A stretch of DNA of 64,000 bases from an uncultured Candidatus Saccharibacteria bacterium (GCA_964356915.1 CAYHJF010000002.1:148522-212521), one strand, 5' to 3'. Shown: positions 9,328 through 18,957, counted from the stretch's first letter. Notes: a model not told the origin generated them from the letters alone. Made by a program: numbers and translations.

Positions 9328-11552
9328 ACGTGTTCCTCCGCGGTTAATTGAGCATCAACCAATTCTTGCCCAATGATATTTCGTGCCTGAATCTGTGCCT
9401 TTTGATGTACGAGATGAAATCCATGGATCGTCTTCTGCCAATAATGTGGACGAACAACCATCTCATACATCGCCATCCACGCTGCCCCTGACATAGAAAG
9501 CCAATAAAAAGGCACGAAAAAAACATACATAATCAAATCGTCGTACCCGCGCTTTGCACATGCAACCATGTAATAGTACAAATACAAAAAATTCCCAAAC
9601 ACAAACGATAATACGCCCATAATGAGAATCGGTCCTGGGAAGAACGGCTCAATGATTGGACCAGCGATCGGACGAAACGCAAAGTAAGTAAAAGTAATAA
9701 CCCACATGAGCGGGTTAATAAACATCGAAAGAATCTTACCGCCAACAATAAACTGAAATGCGACGAGATGTGGCTCAGACATACTTTGCTTGAATGCGCG
9801 AGGGTTCCGCATATGAACAAGGTATGTTTGAATATAGCCCTTGATCCACCGAGAGCGCTGACGAAACCAGTTTTTATACCGACTCGTCCCCTCCTCCATT
9901 GTCATAGAATCAACGATCGCTGTCTTATGCCCTTGCTTCACAAGTCGCATACCAAGATCACAATCCTCCGTCACATTAAACGCATCCCAACCTTTAAGCT
10001 CTACGAGATCATCGGTACGGAAATGATTTGATGTACCTCCAAGTGGGATTGGCGCGTTGATGGACTGCAATCCCGTAAGAACTAAATCAAACCATAGTGA
10101 GTACTCTGCCGCAAAAATACGCGTCAAAATATTTTGATGCGAGTTATAAAAGTTTAACTTTGCCTGCACACACACAACATCGGGTCCCGATCTTTGAAAC
10201 GCAAGAACTGCTTTTTTTAGCTGATCGGAGTCAGGGACATCTTCCGCATCATAAATCACGGAGTAGTCTCCCGTCGCATAAATCAAACCGTAATTACATG
10301 CCTTTGGCTTTGTCTTTGGCATTGAATGTGGCACGACCGTAATTTCAAAATTCGGCGGCAAGTCATATGCCTTTGCTCGTTTTACCGTCTCAACATCATC
10401 TTCTTCAAGCAATAACATAATCTGCAATCTATCTTTTGGATAATCCAAACGACTCATAGCAGTCACGAACTGTGGTAATACTTGCCACTCTTTGTAGAGC
10501 GGACAAAAAATTGTATATGTCGGCCACGCCTCATCGGGTATCGCATCAATTTCTTCTTTTGTAACTTTGATTTCTGTAGGACGCGTAAAACTCCGGACGA
10601 TCAAGAATAAGTTGAAGATAAGATCAGCAAAATACAACGTCGTCAGCGCCGCTATCAATATTAAGAGCGTCATATGCCAGTTAGCTATTAGGCTCCCAAC
10701 AAAAAACACTCCGACTGCCATGAGCGTCAACATTTGTGGACGACTCATACGATAAAGAGCGCTTTCGGCATGGCTAAGTTCTGTATGATTCACAAATGGG
10801 CTCCCAGCGTGGTGAAAACCATTCCCCCGCTTTTTCATCATTTTTCCATGAAAAGGAATCGGTTCCGGACGAGTCAACTTTAAACGAAGCGCCGATATGC
10901 CGATTTCCCACGATGCTTTGAGCACATTAATTTTTGATTCTCCCGCGTATCGTTCTCCGAATACGATATCAACGTTCCCAATGCGATAACCTGCGCGCAT
11001 TGCTTTTACCAAAAATTCCATGTCGAACGCCCACGGAGCAGGGTTAAGCGTAATACGTTCAATGATCTCCTTTCGAAAAACCTTGAGACCAGACTGCGTA
11101 TCCACATCGAGACCGTGGAGTGCTCGCGCAAAAATAAAATGAAATGTCTTACTTACAAATGCACGGAGTGCTCCTTCGTGATGCTCTGTTCGATTCGCCA
11201 CAACAACATCACTCTCGCCATCTTCAATTGCCTCAACCATTTTAGGAATTGCTTCTGGAGGATATTGCAAATCGGCATCGATCATCGCGATGAAAGAATA
11301 TTTTGCGCAAGCAAATCCTTCGATCAGTGACTGTGCCTTGCCTCGCGCACCAATTTTACGAAACGAACGGATTGGATATGCTCGAGTAAGCCGCTTTAGC
11401 TCTGACCATGTCTCATCCTCTGAATGATCATCAATAAAAATAAGCTCATAATTGAGCTTAGCGAGTTCACACGTGCGATGAATACGCCGTACGAGCGGAG
11501 CGACATTTTCACCTTCATTACGAGTGGGGACAATGATTGAAATGCGGCGCAT
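9324..11552 (-). CDS. Bifunctional GT2-GT2 glycosyltransferase: DPM1-like N-terminal domain, then a processive QxxRW-type GT2 domain, with TM segments between and after
   Basis: 'IIVPTRNEGENV', 'DDHSEDET' and 'DADLQ' in domain 1; 'YDAEDVPD' and 'QRSRW' in domain 2. The first ATG is at 11552; the longer track ORF begins at an upstream TTG. Confidence 0.7.
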   Translation of the reverse strand: MRRISIIVPTRNEGENVAPLVRRIHRTCELAKLNYELIFIDDHSEDETWSELKRLTRAYPIRSFRKIGARGKAQSLIEGFACAKYSFIAMIDADLQYPPEAIPKMVEAIEDGESDVVVANRTEHHEGALRAFVSKTFHFIFARALHGLDVDTQSGLKVFRKEIIERITLNPAPWAFDMEFLVKAMRAGYRIGNVDIVFGERYAGESKINVLKASWEIGISALRLKLTRPEPIPFHGKMMKKRGNGFHHAGSPFVNHTELSHAESALYRMSRPQMLTLMAVGVFFVGSLIANWHMTLLILIAALTTLYFADLIFNLFLIVRSFTRPTEIKVTKEEIDAIPDEAWPTYTIFCPLYKEWQVLPQFVTAMSRLDYPKDRLQIMLLLEEDDVETVKRAKAYDLPPNFEITVVPHSMPKTKPKACNYGLIYATGDYSVIYDAEDVPDSDQLKKAVLAFQRSGPDVVCVQAKLNFYNSHQNILTRIFAAEYSLWFDLVLTGLQSINAPIPLGGTSNHFRTDDLVELKGWDAFNVTEDCDLGMRLVKQGHKTAIVDSMTMEEGTSRYKNWFRQRSRWIKGYIQTYLVHMRNPRAFKQSMSEPHLVAFQFIVGGKILSMFINPLMWVITFTYFAFRPIAGPIIEPFFPGPILIMGVLSFVFGNFLYLYYYMVACAKRGYDDLIMYVFFVPFYWLSMSGAAWMAMYEMVVRPHYWQKTIHGFHLVHQKAQIQARNIIGQELVDAQLTAEEHV

Positions 11553-11861
11553 AAAAAATAGAGACCGAGGGACATACCTACCTTGTATCTGTCCACTTGG
11601 AATCGATAAATTATTACATATATTGTCCGATATGTCAATATCTGGTTGCGCCAAAAAGTTGTTTATTTATAAGCAAAAAGTAAAAATCCGACCTCTTAAT
11701 AAGAAGCCGCGCATTATGGTGTATTGATTACAGCTGACTAAAGTTTGCTATTTTAATAAAATATCGACGTAGTAATGCCCTAGAAAATTCTTTACTGGCA
11801 AATAAAAAGGTCCGATTCCCCGTAGGAAACCAGACCTCAACTTCGGAGCTGAAAGCTCCTT

Positions 11862-13190
11862 TTAGTGAACGAAATTGACCTGAATGCTATTGCCTCCAGC
11901 CCGCCAAAGGCCGGTGGACGCCCACTCCTGATCATCGATGCTGACCTGAACGGTCAGATAGAGATCGGTAATGCCCGAGAATTCCTCGTAGGCACGAACG
12001 CGCACGATGTACTGGGTCGGGCCACCATGAGCACCGATACTGACCTCATAGAGGCCGCCTCGAATGCCGGGACCAGACTTTGCGGTTGGATCCTTGAACT
12101 TCCATCGCTTGGCCGTACCAGCTCCATGCACCAGATCTCCAGGCTGGAGACAGGCTGACCATATCTTGCCCTGCGTCGCATTGGCGAGCAGAAAGCAAAC
12201 CGTCTTGGTCTCAGGCGCAAAGGGCTCGCCGGGGATGATACCTCCCGAAGCCTTGAAGTGGTCCTTGGCCGGATTCCTTACATTGAATACGATCCGCGCA
12301 GGATCACGTTCGAACAAATCGCAATCACAGTCTGCGGCATCGACACAGTCGACGAGTCCATCGTCGTCATTGTCGTTGTTATCGTGGCAGACTTCCTGCT
12401 TGTTGCAGCTATTGTCGCACGCATCAGTATTGATCTGGTTGCCGTCATCGCACTCTTCATTTCCTTCGACGACGCCATTTCCACAGATCTGCTCGAACCC
12501 GCAACTCGCGCTACAGCCATCGCCACCGCGCATCGTGCAGAGCCCGTCGCCGATACCAACGCAATTTGCGTCGGCAACACACAACGTGCCATTGCTACAA
12601 TGCTTTCCATCATCGCACTGCTCACCACTCTGTGTGACTCCATCGCCACACAACGGGAAACACGGATAGAGATTCGAGTGAAGCGCGCTGGCAGGCAGCG
12701 AATTATTTGGATACGGCTCCCAAAACGGGACGTTCCAATCGTGACTATGCAACGCGCAGATCTCATCGCCAACGGCGTCCGAGCATGAATTGATGACGCT
12801 CCACTGCGTCTGGATCCCCCATCCATAGAGAGTCTGAGGGTTACCATTCACGATGATGGTTCGCGTATCCAAACCGCAGAAGCACTGCAACACTTCGTCG
12901 CAAGGATTTTGTGGATCGGTACCAACACAATATGTATCATCGACTCCAAGAACGTTATGTTGATGATTGTCGGGATCAGGTACGAGTAGCGGGATCACGG
13001 TGCCATCGGGAAGAATATCTCCGATGATGCCGTGCCAATCGTTGGGACCATGATGGGATGCGTGATCACCAAACACGAAATGTCCATTCTGATATTGAAC
13101 GTCAGCACATGTTGGAAAATCTGGTCGCGTGGTCGCGAGCGCAACGCTCGCTGCACAGATACTTGCTATGACAAGGTACTTCTTCAGCAC
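11862..13190 (-). CDS. Secreted cysteine-rich repeat protein (Myxococcus-type CGxGxxExGEECDDGN repeats) with a His-rich N-terminal domain
   Basis: Signal peptide 'MLKKYLVIASICAASVALA'. Repeats 'CGDGVTQSGEQCDDGKHC' and 'CGNGVVEGNEECDDGNQINTDACDNSC'. Strong RBS AAGGAGGG ahead of a GTG start. GC-rich relative to flanking sequence. Confidence 0.65.
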   Translation of the reverse strand: MLKKYLVIASICAASVALATTRPDFPTCADVQYQNGHFVFGDHASHHGPNDWHGIIGDILPDGTVIPLLVPDPDNHQHNVLGVDDTYCVGTDPQNPCDEVLQCFCGLDTRTIIVNGNPQTLYGWGIQTQWSVINSCSDAVGDEICALHSHDWNVPFWEPYPNNSLPASALHSNLYPCFPLCGDGVTQSGEQCDDGKHCSNGTLCVADANCVGIGDGLCTMRGGDGCSASCGFEQICGNGVVEGNEECDDGNQINTDACDNSCNKQEVCHDNNDNDDDGLVDCVDAADCDCDLFERDPARIVFNVRNPAKDHFKASGGIIPGEPFAPETKTVCFLLANATQGKIWSACLQPGDLVHGAGTAKRWKFKDPTAKSGPGIRGGLYEVSIGAHGGPTQYIVRVRAYEEFSGITDLYLTVQVSIDDQEWASTGLWRAGGNSIQVNFVH

Positions 13191-13343
13191 TTCTCCCTCC
13201 TTTTGTGAGAGAACAGCCTTCCTCGCATACTACGAGGTGACAAATCAATATATACAATTTACGATATTTTGTCAATACATCTCTTTCAAAAAGCAACTTT
13301 CATCTTCATTACTATCTATATGTTTTTATACTTTCTGTCTTTT

Positions 13344-13380
13344 TAAATAAAAATCCAATGGCACGCCTAGCATGCCATTG
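13344..13380 (-). terminator. Rho-independent terminator downstream of the 13405..14361 gene
   Basis: Inverted repeat CCAATGGCA/TGCCATTGG followed by a T-run on the minus strand. Confidence 0.5.
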
Positions 13381-13404
13381 GCTTGGGACTTCGATAGTTC
13401 TTGT

Positions 13405-14361
13405 TTAGAGAACCTTGCGATATTTACAGTACCGATGAAGGCTCATACAGAGACGCCCGATGTACCTCTTCTCGGCCCTTGTGATTCTGCCTGGGTAGAC
13501 AGCCATTTGACGATCTTTGCAATCCCAGAGCACATCCTTATGTTCAGGACGCACAACACATGGATCGTTATTCTGACATGGTGGTGTGATGATCACGGGA
13601 CAACAGGAGTTACACTCTTGCTGCGGAGGACAAGCTTCCGGACACTCGTCCGGCGGGGGGCACGTATTGTCGCACCCCTCAAGCGTGCAGTGATTGCTAC
13701 ACGCATCGCTGTCCACCCGATTACCATCGTCACATTCTTCATCATCTTCGACGATGCCATTACCACAACCCTTCTCGATATTGCAGTTGGCATCACAGCC
13801 ATCGCCGTCAACACGATTATCATCATCGCACACTTCTCCGACATTCAGCGTGCCATTACCGCACTGCGGGCGACACGAGTAGAATACCGAGTGAAATGCG
13901 ATGGCGGGAGGACCATTCGGTCCACCGTCATAGAACGGGAAGTTCCAGTTGCGCCCGTGAAGAGCACAAACCTCGGGGGCGACTGCCTCCAAACATGTAT
14001 TGGCGATACGCCACTGGGTCTGGATCCCGAGCCCATCAGGCACGTCGGGATCGCCCAACGAACAGTAGCACTGAACGAATCGATTGGGATTGTTTGGATC
14101 CCTATAGACATCGTCGACGCCAAACAGGTTGCGAGACGGCAGAATTGTGGTGTCGGGCAACCTGCCGCCAATGATGCCATGGGCATCACCTGGATTGTGA
14201 TGCGACGCATGGTCGCCCAGTACGAACCGTCCTCCATCGAACTGCATCTCGGGACACGTGATGAACCTCGGGATGCTCGGAATCGGCGTCGGCGGGAGCA
14301 CCACTGCTTGAGCGATACTCGCGACCATCGCGAGTATCATGACTGCAAAGAACTCTTTCAT
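13405..14361 (-). CDS. Secreted cysteine-rich repeat protein, paralogue of 11862..13190, with a distinct basic Cys-containing C-terminal tail
   Basis: Shares the N-terminal domain (GDHASHH...HGIIG...GIQTQW...CALH...WNFPF) and the CGNG..CDD repeats with the neighbouring paralogue. AAAGGAGG RBS 6 nt before the ATG at 14361. The longer track ORF starts further upstream and is probably an over-call. Confidence 0.65.
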   Translation of the reverse strand: MKEFFAVMILAMVASIAQAVVLPPTPIPSIPRFITCPEMQFDGGRFVLGDHASHHNPGDAHGIIGGRLPDTTILPSRNLFGVDDVYRDPNNPNRFVQCYCSLGDPDVPDGLGIQTQWRIANTCLEAVAPEVCALHGRNWNFPFYDGGPNGPPAIAFHSVFYSCRPQCGNGTLNVGEVCDDDNRVDGDGCDANCNIEKGCGNGIVEDDEECDDGNRVDSDACSNHCTLEGCDNTCPPPDECPEACPPQQECNSCCPVIITPPCQNNDPCVVRPEHKDVLWDCKDRQMAVYPGRITRAEKRYIGRLCMSLHRYCKYRKVL

Positions 14362-14458
14362 GTCTGTCTTCCTCCTTTTGGTAGACATAGACGTCTGCCG
14401 AGAATACGGCAATGCGACCCACTTCCTAAAGTGAACTATTTTTAGGATAATAGAACCC

Positions 14459-15280
14459 ATGACCTCCATTTCCTCTTATACTGCCGCACTTCTATTAGGC
14501 TTCTTACAAGGTATCACTGAATTTTTGCCTATCTCCTCTTCTGGGCATCTCATCGTCGCGGAAGAATTTATGGGCCTAAACCCCTCTGCGTGGCTTTCTT
14601 TTGACGTAGCACTCCACGTCGCAACCGCATGCGTTGTATTATTTTATTTTCGAAAAGAATGGCAAGAAATGATTAAAGCATTCTTTCAACGCTCATCTGA
14701 TAACTCTCGACGACTTTTACTTCTCAACATTATCATCGGGACGATTCCCGCAGGAATTGCCGGCATTCTTGCTGAAAAAATCATTAGCGAACATGTACGA
14801 AATATTCAAATTGTGGCAATTGGACTTATCCTTGGAAGCGGTATCATGTGGGGGGCAGAAAAACTTTACTCCATGCGTAAAAAAGAAGGTTCTGCAATTG
14901 AAAAACCATTCTCTCCATTTGAGAGCTTTCTTATTGGATGCTTTCAGGCGCTCGCCCTCTTTCCTGGACTATCACGTTCTGGAGCAACAATTTCCGGAGG
15001 CCTCATTCTTGGTCATGATCGATATCACGCGACTAAATATTCTTTTTTACTCGCCACGCCAATCATTATAGGAGCATCTCTCAAAACATTTTCAGACAAC
15101 CTCACGCATATTGGCTCACAGGATATACCGATTTTTTTTATCGGCTTTGTCACTGCATTTATCACTGGCTACGCATCACTGCACTATCTCATTCGTCTCA
15201 TGAAAACAAATACGCTCAGGCCGTTTATTATTTATCGACTTTGCCTGGCGGTAATACTCTTTGCAGTTGTCTTGTTTTAA
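14459..15280 (+). CDS. uppP: Undecaprenyl-diphosphate phosphatase
   Basis: 'GITEFLPISSSGHL' and 'PGLSRSGATISGGL' signature motifs of BacA/UppP. Confidence 0.9.
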   Translation: MTSISSYTAALLLGFLQGITEFLPISSSGHLIVAEEFMGLNPSAWLSFDVALHVATACVVLFYFRKEWQEMIKAFFQRSSDNSRRLLLLNIIIGTIPAGIAGILAEKIISEHVRNIQIVAIGLILGSGIMWGAEKLYSMRKKEGSAIEKPFSPFESFLIGCFQALALFPGLSRSGATISGGLILGHDRYHATKYSFLLATPIIIGASLKTFSDNLTHIGSQDIPIFFIGFVTAFITGYASLHYLIRLMKTNTLRPFIIYRLCLAVILFAVVLF

Positions 15281-15900
15281 TTTGAACTCTTGCGCTTCTT
15301 TTCGCTTTGATAGATTAAATATTCTTGCCCAACATGCCATACTGCTGGCAGTACTGAAATAACAACAATTGCAAGAATAATTGGTAACAAGTACTTATCT
15401 ATTCCGGGGATCATACTACCAAGAAAATATCCCAACACGGGCATACCAACGCCCCATAAAACTCCTCCGATAACATTATAAAAAAGAAACGTAGGATATT
15501 TCATTTTTCCGACTCCAGCGATAACGGGAGCAAATGTTCTAATAATCGGCATAAAGCGCGCCAAAATAATTGTCTTGGGTCCATGTTTTTCATAAAAACG
15601 CTCTGCTCGTTTCAAATGATCTTTATGAAATAATAAAGAATCCTCTCGCTTAAAAAGTCGCGGTCCTATGCGATATCCAAACGCATACCCAACATTGTCT
15701 CCTAAAATCGCGGCCACGAGTGTAAGTGGAATTAAATAACCAATATGTAAATATCCTTGAGACGCAAGAAATCCTGCAGTAAATAAAAGAGAGTCGCCAG
15801 GAAGGAAAAAACCAATCAATAATCCCGACTCCGCAAAGACAATAAAAAAAAGACCGACGTAACCCGCCGTACGTATGAGTGTTTCAGGATCAAGTAGCAT
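15277..15900 (-). CDS. DedA-family membrane protein
   Basis: 'FFLPGDSLLFTAGFLA' and the conserved Gly-rich re-entrant region typical of DedA/SNARE-associated proteins. Confidence 0.8.
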   Translation of the reverse strand: MLLDPETLIRTAGYVGLFFIVFAESGLLIGFFLPGDSLLFTAGFLASQGYLHIGYLIPLTLVAAILGDNVGYAFGYRIGPRLFKREDSLLFHKDHLKRAERFYEKHGPKTIILARFMPIIRTFAPVIAGVGKMKYPTFLFYNVIGGVLWGVGMPVLGYFLGSMIPGIDKYLLPIILAIVVISVLPAVWHVGQEYLIYQSEKKRKSSN

Positions 15901-16025
15901 ACCGCGAGTATATCATGTCTTTTACTATACGTAGAGACTCGGCCTTGCGTATTCTTTATTTTTATGGTATGAGTATTCCTAGGCTTGTTCATTTGAGCCA
16001 CAACAACCCAGAGGAGGAATACGCG

Positions 16026-16868
16026 ATGCGACTCAAAAACACGGGATGGATCGGGGCGATGGTCGCCACGATCTTCATTGCCTATGCCAACATGGCGGAG
16101 GCACGGCCAGCTCGCTGCGACGAGGCAGGCTGGATCACCAAATGCTGCGGTGTGTGCGCCATGATGCCAACGGCGGAAGCCTGCACCACAGAGAAGAACG
16201 ACGGCACTACGTTCGTCGACCGATGCTGTCCGGACGAAGCCAAGCTCGAAATCGAGCACATCACGTTCGACCCGATGAAGCCCAACGCCGGCATGTTCGC
16301 CAGCGCGTGGGTGTCCATCTCGAACGTCAGCGATGTCGAAACCTACGCCGACGTCACAATCAGCGTCACGTGTCATGCCTTCGGAAGCGACGTCCAGACG
16401 GACAGCGCAACGATGGCATTCATCGGCGAGTACTTCGGCCCCCTGCAGACGCGGCACGACTTCGTGCTGCAATGGATGACCACGGTCAAAGAAGACTGCT
16501 TGGTCACCGCCAAGGTCGCCTACACAGTCGCTTCGTGCGGCGACCAGAAGATCACCGTGGAGTCATCCCCGGTGCCCATGTGGGTACTCGACCCACTCCC
16601 ACCGAACACGTGCACGTGCGAAACCGAGCCCTGTCAGGAGTGCCAGACCTGCGAGATCTGCACTCCGCAAGAGCCCTGCAAGCCCGGCCCGGAGTGCACG
16701 AACAACGATCCATGTATCGTCCGCGATGGCTTCAAGGACGTCCTCTGGGACTGCAAGGAACGCCAGATGCGAGCCTGCCCCGGAAGAATCACGAAGGCCG
16801 AAAGCAAGCGGATCAAGCGAACCTGCATGGCACTGCTACGCTACTGCCGCGACCGCAAGATCCTCTAG
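16026..16868 (+). CDS. Secreted cysteine-rich protein sharing its C-terminal ~55-aa tail with the 13405..14361 paralogue
   Basis: GAGGAGG RBS before the ATG at 16026; signal peptide 'MRLKNTGWIGAMVATIFIAYANMAEA'; tail 'NNDPCIVRDGFKDVLWDCKERQMRACPGRITKAESK' is homologous to the tail of the paralogue. GC-rich. Confidence 0.6.
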   Translation: MRLKNTGWIGAMVATIFIAYANMAEARPARCDEAGWITKCCGVCAMMPTAEACTTEKNDGTTFVDRCCPDEAKLEIEHITFDPMKPNAGMFASAWVSISNVSDVETYADVTISVTCHAFGSDVQTDSATMAFIGEYFGPLQTRHDFVLQWMTTVKEDCLVTAKVAYTVASCGDQKITVESSPVPMWVLDPLPPNTCTCETEPCQECQTCEICTPQEPCKPGPECTNNDPCIVRDGFKDVLWDCKERQMRACPGRITKAESKRIKRTCMALLRYCRDRKIL

Positions 16869-16897
16869 AGGGACGCGAGTCTCTCTCAATATAATTC

Positions 16898-16937
16898 AAT
16901 GCTTCTATGCGCATATCGCGTAGAAGCATTTTTTATT
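16898..16937. terminator. Bidirectional rho-independent terminator between convergent genes
   Basis: AATGCTTCTA ... TAGAAGCATT stem followed by TTTTTTATTT. Confidence 0.55.
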
Positions 16938-16950
16938 TCTATATAAAAAA

Positions 16951-17466
16951 CTATCCTCTCTTATACATTAAGAATCCCATCGAGATACTTCCTAATATAA
17001 ACGCGCCAACCATTGGAATGATTGCGAGCGTTGTTTTTGTTTCTAACGCTGGCTGAACGTCAATCATATAATCAGGAAAAGAAATCCACACGCCAGGATT
17101 TGAAGCAAACGCCACATCAACGAAAATTTCATGAATTCCAGCGTCAGCAAATGTATATGAAAATTCATGAATTCCTCCCTCCGCTCTTCCCTCCATATGC
17201 GCAATCTCTTGAGAATGCCCTTGTTTTGTAATACGAATTTTTACTAATACTGGCTCATGTACTGCCTCGTGATGCATCTCCCCTTGCTTCAACCTCAAAA
17301 AAGAAACTAGCATATTATTTTGCACACCTTGTCGCGGCGTATAAGGAGCCTTGGAGAGAAGTGCTAAAAATTTTCCGTCGTCAGTCACGCGCATATCGCC
17401 GCCATTTGCGTAGGCAATCCCTGCACATAAAATGATTAAAGAAAAAATGCTAATCTTACGAATCAT
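16951..17466 (-). CDS. Hypothetical secreted protein with a C-terminal TM anchor, His-rich
   Basis: Signal peptide 'MIRKISIFSLIILCAGIAYA' and C-terminal hydrophobic helix; no family recognised. Confidence 0.4.
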   Translation of the reverse strand: MIRKISIFSLIILCAGIAYANGGDMRVTDDGKFLALLSKAPYTPRQGVQNNMLVSFLRLKQGEMHHEAVHEPVLVKIRITKQGHSQEIAHMEGRAEGGIHEFSYTFADAGIHEIFVDVAFASNPGVWISFPDYMIDVQPALETKTTLAIIPMVGAFILGSISMGFLMYKRG

Positions 17467-17470
17467 ATTT

Positions 17471-18304
17471 TTATGATACCACGCGCCATCGATTGTGATA
17501 GAACTCTAAAAGACCATCTTTTTGCATGTCATGTAAAATTGAGGGGATTTCTTTTGCCCGCTCACGTACGTACTTATCATGAGTGCTAAGTTTTTGAATA
17601 CTACTTATCGTAATCCCTTTCTTGCTTTTCACCGCAGAGTCCAATAACACCGCGCGTACATACCGACGGGATCCTTCAAATCGCGCTTGCCGAACATAAT
17701 GCTTACTCCGATGATTTGGATTTTCCTCTCCTTTTAACGCGCTCGATCCATAATCCATAAGTGCAAAGTACCATGCTCGATAATCTTTTTCTGGCAATGT
17801 ACGCTCGATAATTGGCAGTAACTCCCGATCTGTAACGTCATCGCGCCCATCAAAAAAATATTTTAAGTACACGCGACGAATATTTGTCTCAATGAATACT
17901 TCCCGCTGATCCCACGCAAAAACTAAAATCGCACGCGCGGTATATTTCCCAATACCTGGCAAATCTTCAAGCTCTGCGATACTTCTTGGGACAACGCCCT
18001 TGTGCTCGCGCTCAATAATATCTGCTGTACGTCTTAGATACAGAGCGCGGCGATTATATCCAAGCCCCTTCCAAACTCGCAAAACCTCCTTAGGAGGAGC
18101 GCCTGCGAGCGCGCGTATCGTCGGAAATATTTTCAAAAATTCCTTATACTTCTCTACCACACGTGGCACCTGCGTCTGCTGGAGCATTATCTCAGAGACA
18201 AGAATACGGTATGGATTACGCGTACGACGCCACGGCAAATTATGTCGAGCGTGCTTACGATACCATGCAAGAATCTTTTGCTGAAAAACGCTCTTGCGTT
18301 GCAT
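17471..18304 (-). CDS. HhH-GPD base-excision DNA glycosylase, MutY/Nth-like, lacking the 4Fe-4S cysteine loop
   Basis: N-terminus 'ILAWYRKHARHNLPWRRTRNPYRILVSEIMLQQTQV' matches the MutY family; HhH-GPD region 'LPGIGKYTA'. No cysteines in the C-terminal part. Confidence 0.65.
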   Translation of the reverse strand: MQRKSVFQQKILAWYRKHARHNLPWRRTRNPYRILVSEIMLQQTQVPRVVEKYKEFLKIFPTIRALAGAPPKEVLRVWKGLGYNRRALYLRRTADIIEREHKGVVPRSIAELEDLPGIGKYTARAILVFAWDQREVFIETNIRRVYLKYFFDGRDDVTDRELLPIIERTLPEKDYRAWYFALMDYGSSALKGEENPNHRSKHYVRQARFEGSRRYVRAVLLDSAVKSKKGITISSIQKLSTHDKYVRERAKEIPSILHDMQKDGLLEFYHNRWRVVS

Positions 18305-18957
18305 TAATACTCTTTCCCGCTCATGTTTGCGGGAATGGCGATACCATTTTCAGGAGCCTTATCTTTATATCGCTTAATAAAATCAAGAATACGATTCTCA
18401 TCAAACGATCCTTCTGCATTTAGATTGAATGTGTCCAAACGTTGCCATGCTGCAACTGCAATGTCAGTCGGATTTTGATCACGTAAAGTTAACACGACAC
18501 GGACCTGATGGCTTGCAAGATTACGAAGTTGTTCTTTTGCTGTGTCTGAAATTGATGATTTATACGAAATCCAAATTCGTCCATGCTCGAGAGAATGAAC
18601 GAGACCCTCATCAGGTTGCGCCTTATTATAGACGCCGTCTTTAACTGGTTGCTCATAGTGTGGACCTGATGTTGGAGGATTAGAATTGTATTCAATATGT
18701 GAATCTCCTACTGCAATATGATCTTGCCCTTGATTTGCATATTCCTTTGAATGATCTTCGCTGAGCCCCTGTTGAGGTTGTTTTTTAGCAACAACAAAGA
18801 TACCAGCAGCTCCCGCAACAACAACTACACAACCGATAACCCAAATTGCTATCTTTTTTGTGCGAGTGCGACGTAATGAGATCTCCATCTCCCCAGCTTT
18901 CATTTCACGCTTTAACTCTTTACGTTCTTTTTTTGTTAGATTTTGATCAGTATCCAT
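18304..18957 (-). CDS. Membrane-anchored DUF3105-like protein
   Basis: Single TM helix, then 'PTSGPHY...HSLEHGRIWISY' motifs. Start placed at the internal Met to avoid overlapping the upstream gene. Confidence 0.45.
   Translation of the reverse strand: MDTDQNLTKKERKELKREMKAGEMEISLRRTRTKKIAIWVIGCVVVVAGAAGIFVVAKKQPQQGLSEDHSKEYANQGQDHIAVGDSHIEYNSNPPTSGPHYEQPVKDGVYNKAQPDEGLVHSLEHGRIWISYKSSISDTAKEQLRNLASHQVRVVLTLRDQNPTDIAVAAWQRLDTFNLNAEGSFDENRILDFIKRYKDKAPENGIAIPANMSGKEY

Noticed and set aside
11865-12847. Several long plus- and minus-strand ORFs (for example 12064..12669, 12258..12788, 12278..12847) overlapping the Cys-rich gene
   Set aside because: They are alternative-frame or antisense readings of a GC-rich coding region, with Ser/Thr/Arg-rich low-complexity translations. 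The real gene has a signal peptide, an RBS and conserved repeats.
13372-14445. 357-aa plus-strand ORF, plus 13593..14237 minus-strand ORFs
   Set aside because: Antisense or alternative frame of the 13405..14361 Cys-rich gene; no RBS, and the composition is not protein-like.
15816-16894. ORFs 15816..16472 (-) and 16046..16894 (+, Arg-rich)
   Set aside because: Antisense and alternative frames of the GC-rich 16026..16868 gene.
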